A stretch of DNA of 64,000 bases. It comes from Phoronis australis (taxonomy: Eukaryota > Animalia > Phoronida). The translations under genes and the position numbers were made by a program. A model generated the notes under the pieces. The model was not told the DNA's origin. It did no database searches and worked only from the letters and a program-made list of their open reading frames with translations. Location: contig NMRA01001040.1 of the NCBI GenBank assembly GCA_002633005.1, forward strand, positions 1,419-65,418, given 5' to 3'. Positions 38,866-50,800 of the stretch are shown here, one piece after another. Each line of letters starts with the position of its first letter. Within the stretch, counting starts at the first letter, position 1.

Positions 38866-41800
38866 TTAGCTTGCGTATTGTAACCTGTCTAAAGCATCAG
38901 TAAAGTTCAGGATATCTGCCATGGACCAGCCAAACTTGGTGTCGATGCACTGGTAGTAAAATGATGGAACCTGGAATGAACAATTATACTGAAAAGAGTG
39001 AGACGGCAATGAAAGCCTGCAAAAATATAAGAATCCACAAATTACATGAGTTAAAAGGAATTTCATGACCTTCAAAAAGTTTTCGTCTTATGCTAACTGT
39101 TGATTTACAAATTGTTTCATAATAAGCTTAATTTGCCCAACTGAGCAAACATTTACAAGGCACACACACACATCTGTTCTATAATGGCCATCTGATGACT
39201 CGTTGACATATTGACCAGTCAGTTGCAGAAACTGACCAAATAAAATCAACAGAGACTTTCCTCGCGTGAATGTGAGCACCATAGTGATTTCAAACAAGAA
39301 AACCTGCAAAAAGTCAAAAAGTTCAATTGTGACACGCACGTTTTGATCTATAATAAGCCCTCGAGCAGTACTGTCTATGACGACCAAAGTTTTGGTTCAT
39401 GGTATGGCGTAGATATCTTTGCTTTGGTAAAAATGGTTTATAGTGATTTCTGGGCTTAACTCCAAATATTGTACATTATATTTTTGTGATAAGCATTAAA
39501 AAAGATTAGTGAATTTGAGGCCAACAACTACACATAACACCATAGACAACACGAAGTGCGCTGCTTCAATGGAAACATTCATCGATGATTCCATTTTGAA
39601 ATTTATCATTTTGGTTTGACTTATTTACCCCTAAGTGGTGACTGAACAGATGACATCAGATGATTCCAACCAACCAGAGCATTTGATTTGTTCTCAATAA
39701 TGACTTACATCTCAAAAACCAATCAAATGTCGTAATGTGTTGACACAGTGTAAGTCGAGTGTGTGAATCAAGTGCAGCTAAAGCCAAGAGTGTGACTCTG
39801 AGCTACCCACTGTGATGTATATACTGTCTACAGTCAGAGGGCAATAGCTGCCATCAATCAAACATGAACAATTGCCATAGTTTCACAAAAAGGATCCGTT
39901 TTGCAATGATGTTCAATGAAACCCTTACCTCTTCACGTAATCTTGACAGCTTAGTCAAGAGAGGCCCATCATAGTCCTCCAATGCTTTCATGCACCTACA
40001 AACAAGTTTCATACTCTAAAAATTTGCAATGTCTGACATCCTGTACACAATATTAACTGAACGCTTAACTTAGGAAATAACCACAGCCTGTCATCAAACC
40101 ATTAAATATCATTTGTAGTGTCTGAAGAAAGTCCAGACCTTGCAGGTTCAGAATCCCTTGCTTGCATAGTACCTACATCGACAACTTCTAGTACAATGAT
40201 TTGAACAAAAATCTGAACTGATTTCTGAGCTTGACCAATGATCACAGCTTAATGGCCTGAGTATCAGCAAGAGTAACATAGGGTCTCTAGTTCGAGTCCT
40301 AATTTTGACCTGAAACAGTTTAAAGAAGGAACACTTCATTTACAAGATACATGGGCTGTATGTTCAAAAGGATTATTCTAAGATTTCATACCTTTGTAAG
40401 TAATCGTTAATATTTGGTTAACACTAAGTGTTCATTTAAACATGCCCAGATTAATACAGGCAGCAGTATACCGAACACTGATTCCATGATCAATCCAAAT
40501 GTCCAAAGAGCAAGCTGTCATGAAAAACTAAAGCCTCTATCACACCAAAACAGGTTTATGACTGGAATAACGGCCAGAGTCATGCATGGCCTTCTGCAAG
40601 TTGCATGGATGGTCACCAGAACAAGAAATCAACCTGACCATTCTCAGAAGCCGTGAAAACATGTACACAAAATCTGACTTGCCCATTGTTCAATATGACA
40701 TCAAATGCGAACGTTCATTCAAATCGTGCTACACAGTTGGTCAATTTTGGAGTCAAATCTCAAGTAATTATGGGTAATGTCCAACAAGTCAAGTGCTGGC
40801 CACTCACCCTGTTAAATGTTTCTCTTTAAGCCAACTCTGTACTTGTTCTTTGGTCCAGCTGTTCGTTGACAGTGTGTCCTCTTTGTCATCACCACGGCGA
40901 CTATGACGGCCTGCAGAGGTGAGACCTGGCTGCTCCAATGGGGCTGCAAGTAGACAGGAAATAATGATTAAAGCTGTAGAAACCTACTGTCTGTAACCAT
41001 AAATTAGAATTAGACCACACCCTTAAAAATGGTCTAAACTTGTTCCTTATTCATATGAAAATATTAGTGATTTTAGCACTTGACAAGAACTGCTTGCCAT
41101 GCTCAGCCAAGCCAAACATGCCTGGTCTCAAACAATGAAACAAACACAAGTTCTGCTTTAATAAACCAAGACATCTCCCCTAATTAGAATACGAAACTGT
41201 TTAGTTGAGACCAATTAAAGGAAGTGACTGAAAATAAAAGTTATTCTTTGACATAAGAGGGCATTAGTGCAGACTTGAATAACGAGCTGAGACCAGCATG
41301 AACTTAAACTTAACCTTAGTTTGAGGTCATCCACTGATGCGATGTGAACACCAATATAGAAATAAAAACATTGAAACTGCCAACATCAGTGCACACCACC
41401 ACCAAAAAGAAATGAACTTCTGTCCATTAAATTAAGTCCAAAAAACAAGCTGACTTTTCCATAGACAACAGTCCCTTCCTAGAAAAATTCTCTGAAATGA
41501 TCATCATAATGACTTGAGTGTTTTTTTAAAGCTTCAGCAGCAATTACTTTTATGTCATTTTACCGTGTTCTAATAACATTGTATGGATGAGCTGTATTCC
41601 TGCTTGAAATGCATGAGGGTTAAACTTAGAATACCTAATACTTTGTGTGTGTGTTGACAGGAAGATTTACCATCACTAATTGACTTATTCCAGTTTGAAT
41701 TTTATCAATTTGGCTTAACTTAAGTAATTACCACAATTACCACAATGTGAAACTTTCATACATTGTCACAAATAACGAGCCCATTTTACCTGGGTTTTCA

Positions 41801-44800
41801 CCAATTTTCCCTTTGTTTCCGATCTCCTTTCGGAGTGTAGAGAATGACTTTTCAAAGGGATCCTTGCCAGTGAAGTCAACATATATCTTAGATCCTACCA
41901 GAGCTCCCAGCCAGCCATCAGGTTTGTACTTCTTCTCCATGTAACATGGTACGTACGGCTTCTTCAGATTAAAGGTGTACTCGGCTTCTGCACAGATCAC
42001 AAAGAGAAAACTATGCGAGTCTAAGGAGGGTCAATGTTTTATAATGTGAATACCGTGACCTGAAATCACTGGTTTACATGGACTGCCTGGGATACCTTCT
42101 GTAGATGCAAGAAACTTGCCAAAACGCAAAATCACGCCAGTAAATGGCCAGCACACCCTAGCAAAATGGAGTCCGGTGAAGTGAGATTGAAATGTTGCAT
42201 TATGGGATAGAATTCACTGCTTTCGTTTCATAAGTGAAGACTTCTTGCCACAAGTACTACACGAGTGTCTTGGGTCTATATGGAACGCGGCCTAAATGAC
42301 TACTGTCATCTCTCACAATATCATTTCCTTTACTTTCACCTGTTCAGAACACTGAATACATTTCTGAAGATCAGTTTGTAAATTAAACCCCTTTATAAAT
42401 ATTAAAATTTAAAATTTTTGTTTTTTATCAGTTTTCAATGTTCGTTGTCATTCACTTTGACGGCCATTTTGCAGATGCACTGCCAGAAAGTCAATAACTA
42501 AACTAATAGCATTTTACATTGTGTGCATTTTGAAAAACTTGATTTTGCAATAACAGACATCTATGTCCAGGTGTAGAGCTGGTATTGCTATACATGAACA
42601 TATATTTGCAAAAACTGTAGAAATCAAAATTTTGTATCAAGTTACCGGCACAAAAAGAATGCCATTTGTCCATTATTCTACAGTTAAGTTTATGGAGTAA
42701 GCATATGCATTACCTTTGCATGCCATGGAATTGACCTATCCTTTTTTGTATTCTTCAATCAACTGTATTTCTTTTACAAGATAGCCCACAGATCACAACA
42801 AATTACCAGAATTGAGTTCACTTATAGTTAGAAGTGTTCACTACTTTATTACCAGTGAATGAAATTCTAAGGAAATTTTGCTTTGGTGAAGTTGTCATCA
42901 TCTCCCAAAAATGTCACTTTGCCAAACTAGAAATCGAGCAAATGCTGCGATCCAACTGGTTTGAAATCAATGTCCGACTTTTCCTTGTTACAAAATTTGG
43001 GAGATTGAATCATGTAAGAAAATAATGTTCATCAGATTGTTTCTTTTAAACATCCGTAACAGACAAGATAGGTGTCATACGGTTGGTTACACTTTGATGA
43101 AAGTTTCTTTGAGAGAGGACCACAGAGTTATGGGGAACTGAAAAAAATGTCAAATTTTCACCCACAACGTTCACTAGCAATGCTTTGACACCCAGACATA
43201 CACAACAAGCCTGTCAGAGTAAAGCATGCATTTCCAGATAAACTCCAATTCCTTAACACTAAACAGCATGCAAAACTGAATGCATTATAAGATCCTACCT
43301 GTCCTAGTGTTTGAGCTCTCCTTGTACGGCTCAGAGACACAGATGAGCACAACAGCTGCTTCCTCCACTGCTCGAGCCATTGCTTCAAGTGTGTCACCAT
43401 TCATCTGATCAACATCAATCCACACTTTGTATCCAGACTCCTACAGAGAAAACAACAAAAGAGGTGTAAAATAGTAAAAATAAGTAAGAATTGTCAGTCT
43501 TCTTACAAGCCATATATTGGTCACATCACATGACCTATGGTGAAATTTGAAAAGATCTCTGTCTCCACAGGGGCTCGAATCTGGGACATTCTGCTAACCA
43601 TCATTCAAGCCTCATATGAGACAGAGATCCTTTCAGATTTAACTTTAATTCACGTAATGTGACAAACATATGGCCTGTAAGACTAAAATTCTTACTCATA
43701 TCATATCAACACACTGACTTTTAACAGCACAATAATATAAATAGTAAGGAATAATTTTCTGTCAATCTCAAACATAATTTCAAAGGTTTTTTGTTATGCG
43801 TAGCCTTTAGCAGATACTATTTGTTCATAGAAACAAGGCTCTTAATTGATTGCATGCCAGTCAAGAAAACGTAGTCATACATTCAAGACTATGACTTCTA
43901 AAACAAGGTTCATAATAAATGTACAAATGATCTCCAGTCATTTCTTGATACTGACACACTAAGCTGCTACTTAGCAAGTCATGATTTCTACACAGACAAA
44001 TTTACTGATATCCAAATAAAATGCCAGCTACCTTGAGTCTGTTAGAGATCTGTAGAACCACAGGCTGGTTGGCCCAACTGTAACTCAAGAATACGTGTCC
44101 TATACTGTCCTCAGTGGAAATTGGCTTCTCTAAAAGTAAAAAAAAAAAACAAAGTTGCATACAACATTTATAATTATGTTATTTTTCACTAAATTTAATT
44201 CACACTCACTCAAGTCACCTACACCATTCAGTATGGCAAACTCATGTCTTGGAAACAGCAACACTGATTGACACATGGAAACAGAATGCTTTATGTTGAA
44301 GTTTACTTAATGAAAAACTTGAATAACAGGACCCTTTCACACCCACCTTATTTGTTCAAGACGCCTTATCCTAAATGAAATTCACATACAGCATTTTTCT
44401 AAAACAATTCATAGGTCTACCAAAATTTTTGGTTTGCCCTCTCCTGGGACTCTGGTTGACTATTCAGTATACTAAATAAAGACTGTGAATTGGTTGAACA
44501 ACACCGACAAATGTTTTACACTGAAATTCACTGCCTAGTTATGGCTGGTTGTGAGTTTTTAGTCAGTTACTTCCAGTGGTCACACAACTTACCACAAACT
44601 AATGTAATACACACGAGGTTAATAACAAAAACAAATAATAAGAGGTAAAAGCGTTATCATAGTTATCGAGGTTAACGCCCACATTTAACTTAAATGGACA
44701 TAATTGGTTTTGCGACAGAAAAACAAATTTTGGGGATTATTGCAAGAAGGAACAGACTCGTTGAAGTTTTAGCTTTGACCAGAGTTATATAATAAAGCAA

Positions 44801-47800
44801 CAAAATCCGTTGTTTTTGTGATCTTATTACAAAACACCAATTCTCGCTGTTGTTTGCCAGCCATTTGCGGAACTCAAGGTTGATGACTTTACTAGTTTAA
44901 CTACTCTGCACAGTTTTGGACTGAAACCATTGATGTTGTGAGCTTGTGCTGATTTTACAAAACCATGTTTCCTACCAATTATATCACTTTACGCCTGCCT
45001 TCAAATTTTCTAGTATACTTTAATTACTGGATGCCCAAGCTCATTAAATGTTATTAACTAGCCACTTTCAGTTCATCATTCTGTAAGTGTTTACTTGACT
45101 CTTACATGTGACGTGACTGAAAAGAATGTAATCAGCCTGAATCAGATGCTAAAGTTTGAATTTCTGTAGTAAATTGAGCACGCTTGACTTAATATTCTCT
45201 TCATGATTTTTCACTTTCTTAGCTAAATGGTCTGGACGTTAACTAAAGGAACATACCATACTTATTCGGGTCAATGTCCAAGACACATAAATTGGGAAAT
45301 TCACAAATCAGCCAACCATATTAAATTTAACTTCTGTTGTTAAATGCATTTATCGTCATTATTTTGACATTTGTCTCTTTATTTTGATATCAACCCTTAG
45401 GGTTTACTCTGCAACATAGCTCGTGGCGTACCCCGGGCAAAATGGATTATGATAAACAATTTAACAACAACCACTTCACATCTCCTTCAGTAAAAAGGAT
45501 TATTCCCCACCTCAATATGGCAAAAGGCTGCTCGTTACCCAAGAGTCAGTGTTGAAGGCTAAAGTTCTTGGGCACTCACAAAGATACTGGCACTTTTAAG
45601 GATGACACATGGGAGTGGATGCTAAACTGATAATGGATGTTTAAACATTTCAGGGGTGGGGGTTAACCTGAATGAGAGCAGTTATGTAAGTGGACAATTG
45701 CCGGCAATACTGGTGCAGTGAGTCAATCAAGTGACTGTTCAGGCTTTATGGCTGCAGCATCTAGCTTTGGCTGAGCACATGAGCATTAGGTAAAAGTCGG
45801 ATATAATGTACCCGTATTTTAAGAGCCAGCTTTTTCCACTGAATAACGGGGATCAAACTGGTTCTCAAAATGTGGGTATGTTACATCCAACTATTGCCCA
45901 AGCCATCTATGTCCACACACAGACAAACACACACACACACACACACACACACATAAGCAAAAACACACTAACACACACACTAACACACACACTCACACGC
46001 ACACTTCTAGTTCATAACACAACAGCATACCTCCAACAGGTGTCTCACCAGATTCATCCTTGACCGGCACTGGCTCATGAATAGCCTTCATCTGAAACTT
46101 CGCCCCGTCCAAAAGTCGCAGGAACTCCTTGTCAGAAGTCATAGAGCCGTCCTCACCCATCATCATCATGTGATGATGACCCCCCTCCATGATTTTCTTC
46201 ATAGTGGCCATAAGCTTCTGGTTGTTGTGGAGTTTTAGTTTAGCGTCTTTGTTGAAGGACAGTGACCACAATCCTTCCAGGCCTATCTTCACTTCTTCTT
46301 TCTTGTCCGAGTCCAAAAGCCTGATAAATAGCTCAACTGCACCATCGTCTGTTAACTAAAAGGGAAAGTAAGACAAATTATCAACACGCCACTTCAAACT
46401 GTGTCACTGTTTTACAGCTCCAAGAAAGTGGTGATATTGAGCAGTCCACTGAAGAAAGGAATGACTAACAACACAGTCTCCAAGTGGGCCAGACTTATTC
46501 ATATCTGTCTTCTCACTACAAAGAGTCATCATTGCAAACATATATTGCTAACTCAGTTTGTGGTCATTTGAGTATATTCCATTGAATACTTATTAAGACA
46601 AGAGAGTGTGATGAAAGACTAAAATACCTAGTACATAAGCTACCATCAATTGTTTTCCTTAATATAATTACCAAGGCCACCACCGACAGCTTTCTATAAT
46701 TTTATTCACTAAGGCTACCAATGCTTTGCATATTTTATCCAACCAGGTTATCATTATTTTCCTCAATATTATCTACCCAGGTTAGTCTAATGTTGTCTTG
46801 AATATTATCTATCCAGGTTACCATATTGCTCTCCTAATGTTATATACCTCGGTTACAACACTAAATTCACCAACTTTGAATGATACTTCTAAGTATAAGT
46901 ATAAGTAAGATTAATCAAGGTAAAAAGCACACAACCTTATTCAAGCTTGGACAATGTCATTCAAGCTTGGACAATATCATTCAAGCTTGGACAGTATTAT
47001 TCAAGCTTGGATAATATTATTCAAGCCTTTTGAACTCACATAATTCAAGGATCCACACCAAGCTTGCATAACCTCTCTAGCAAAATGGCAGATGTTCTTA
47101 TTTCAGCTCAATTGAGTGTACCACACAAAGTAGGCTATCATGCACAAACAAGACATGAGATTTGTTTATTTTGATCACTAGTCAGTGACATAATTGGCTA
47201 AAGATAGCGCACTTAAATTACGTTAATGGTCAGCAATCGTATTCAAGATTGCAACCCAATGCTTACAAAGAAGCAAGGTATTCCAAGCTTGAAATTCGTT
47301 TTAATCAGTAGCAAATAGAGGATTATCCAGCATAACTTAAAAGACTAATAGACCACCGCGTCTCAGCATTAGAGAATGATTGACTCACTTGCTGTTTCAA
47401 CTCATCATAAGCAGCTAACGTGACAACAGCCTTTGCAATGCTGCACGCATGTATTGAGTGGTACATCCTGTTGGGATCATCTAGAGCCCAGCCGAGTCGA
47501 TCACACAGGCCTTTCACCACATCTGCAACAAGGTAAGTAACAACTGTTAAGCCATAGTCCACACAGAAAATACAATTAATTAAAGAATGCAAATTTGGAA
47601 AAGCTATCACTGCAGGAGAAATGCTCAAGGTCTGAAGTTAGGAGGAAGAAAGGAAAGTGGTGACCATGCAGAAATTGGAACACACAGGGAGTCTTATCCT
47701 TTCAACCACAAGGCAAGCAAAACGAAGACGTATTTTTGGAATTCTCACTCAACAACCTAACAGGTAAACTGTTTCCACGAGTAACCATGCACTCAATAGC

Positions 47801-50800
47801 TCTTAATCAGGCTAACCACCCATCTTTGCAATACAATGAACTAGATTTATTTATGAAGACTGGAGTAAAAGAGACTGTACTAAGGGTGCACAGTTGATCT
47901 TGCAAAGGTAGTACTTTTTAATAGGACAAGATGGTTCAAAAGGTTTAGAGTATTTTGAAGAGTAGCTAGCTGACCAGCATCGTGGGTGCATGTAGACTGT
48001 TTTGGCAGGTATTCACACCAGGCATGCGTTCAGTAGACGCTAGGACCTACGCTACGACCTAGCTAAAACCTAGTCAAAGTCAAATGCACTCATTTAAAAT
48101 GAACAGCAATATCTCACGTAATCTCGCGAAGTCTTGCTTTTTAGCGAGGTCCTAGCATTACTGAACGGGAGGCAGCCCCATCATAGCATGCTTATGGCAA
48201 CTTTAAAAGGAAGTTTAACAGGCCAATGTATATAGAAAGACTGGTATCATCCATTTGACAGTCAAAAAATGAAGATATGCCACAGTTCTTTGATTCTTTC
48301 TATAAAACTCAAGTGTGAATTTTTGTACATGGAAGTTATGAGAATCACCCAAAACTTACCATCATCTTTGCTGAAGTAATAAGACAAATATTGCTCTTCC
48401 ACTAGATAACAAACAAGAAGTAATGCTGTTAATTTGAAGTATTCATCTTCATGATGTTTGAACGGAGAGATAATCTGAAAACAAAGATGAAAACTTTTTA
48501 ACAAAGTTTATCAAAATATGATAGGTAGTTAGCCATCCATTTAAAACACAATTTAATGCAAATTGTGTGTTTAGGTCTACTTTGTGTTTTGAAATTGGTC
48601 TGACTGTTTTGACCAAAGAACTCTTATCACAGTGCCTTCACAAATACAAGCAATGCTGAATGTTGATATGTTCGCACTGTGTACATTGCATACGTTGATA
48701 TGTACACACTGTGTACATTGCATACGTTGATATGTACACACTGTGTACATTGCACAGGTTGATATGTACACACTATGTACATTGCATACGTTGATATGTA
48801 TGCACTGTGTATATTGCATACATTGATATGTACGCACTGTGTACATTGCATACGTTGATATGTATGCACTGTGTATATTGCATACATTGATATGTATGCA
48901 CTGTGTAAATTGCATACAGTGCAGATACAAGAGATGATCACTACTTTCAACATTCCACTGAACAGATCAATGCAATTAGAATTAAATAACAGCTTCTAGT
49001 GGGCTCAAAGCAAGCCTCCTCAATAGGAATGCTCATGTCACCTTTCACCGTGATTCTTCAAGAAGTTTGGAGGTTACGGAGGCAGACAACAAAGGACATA
49101 AAAACAATAGAAAGGCCACAAGGGGATGCAACATAGATCAAATCCACCTGTCTACATGTAAGTAATGTATTTGCAAAATTTCATGAACTGCCATCAAAGA
49201 ACTTAGTACATATCAAGATGAAAGCAAAGAAAAACAAAACAGCCACTAGGCAACTCCACACTAGTTGGATTTGTCTCAAAATCCTCGTCAGGTGTACTTT
49301 ACTCAATAGAAACACATGCCAAATTTCATGAAGATCCATCAAGGAAAGTGAATTGAGCTATATGAAAAAATTGTCACAAAAGGGTGCCACAACAGTTTGA
49401 AACGTTGAAAAATTAATATATTTTAATTATTTATTTAATATGTGTGTGTGTGTGTGTGTGTAAGTATTATGTGAGTGCATAGTAAAGTAATGGTTCTTAA
49501 AATTTTGACTGCAGAGAAAAATCATAATCAAAGAAAATGCTGTAGAATAACCAGATTTATACCACAATATTAGCCTTGAATGGACCATACAACCGTGTAA
49601 TAACCCATATTAGTTATCTCACTAGTGAGATAACATTTTGGTGGGAAACCGAGGTCGGGTTCGAACCCGGGCCACAAGAGTTTCAGTCGTCGACTTAACC
49701 ACTGCACCACTCAGCGGCTGATGTCATCGAACGTGAACATAAAGTACTTAAATGAGCACGCGCAACAATCGCATGTTCAACAAAAAGCTAGGTACCGAGA
49801 ATGAAAAATAAGACGCATGATTTCCATAAAAACGATATTTTAATTCAGCGAAATTTTTCTCTCATGTTCTCTCACTTGTAAATTACCGATCTCCAATTTG
49901 AATGCCGGTATAGTGTCGTCGGGATCCTTTGACTTTAGAATTATACTCTGTTACCAGTGGTAACCTACTTTAGCAAACCATATTTTCCCGGTCGAAGCTT
50001 AGCGTAGTAACATGTGTAGAAAGCTATAATAGTTGCTAAACCTTAATTTATAGATTCACTTTATTTCTATTTTGTTTAAATTTTCAATTGGTTTTGAGTA
50101 AAAGCACTATTTGACAAAAGTAGCTCGGCTTTTCTTAAAAGGTCACGACCTCCGACCCTGGGCCTCTGACATAGAAAGTAGTTACAAAGCCGAGGCAAGT
50201 CCAGAAAAGGTAGATCGATTCATTGCAATGTTTCTCGTTCAGTATGTGGTATAAATAGATTATTACATGTTCTCAGTCGTTATTCCCCTTTTCTAGAGCC
50301 CCCTCGGGCGATAATTCACCAAAATCCACTCGGGCTCTAGAATACGAGGGATAACGACTTCCTATGTAATAATCTATATGTATCATATGGAAATTCCCAG
50401 AGTGGAGAAGTCACATAGACATACCTCCTTAGTCTTGTAATCCTTGAACATATGTCTGACCTTATGACACCGAGCAATGTTGGCTAACATTCCTATAGAA
50501 GCCTTCAGCACGTAAGTGACATTCTGAAAAGTAATTTATAATAGATAAGTAACTCAGGAACATTCTCTCAAAAACAAGTTAACAAAGCCTGAAACACTTT
50601 AATAATTCTAAACAAATTTCACACCAACAGACATATTGAGAAACACTGTGTTCACTCTACACTTCCAAAAACTGTCAAGTGGACCCACTGTCTAAATTTT
50701 TTAGAGTCCATTTCAAAATCTTGTTGCCTGTGAAAAGAGTAAAAAACCGATTACATTAGTATGGAAAAATGTAAACTGTACACTTGAAAAATGAGTCTCT

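Noticed and set aside
48577-48953. Cys/His-rich repetitive ORFs resembling zinc fingers
   Set aside because: Translations of a 32-bp intronic minisatellite.
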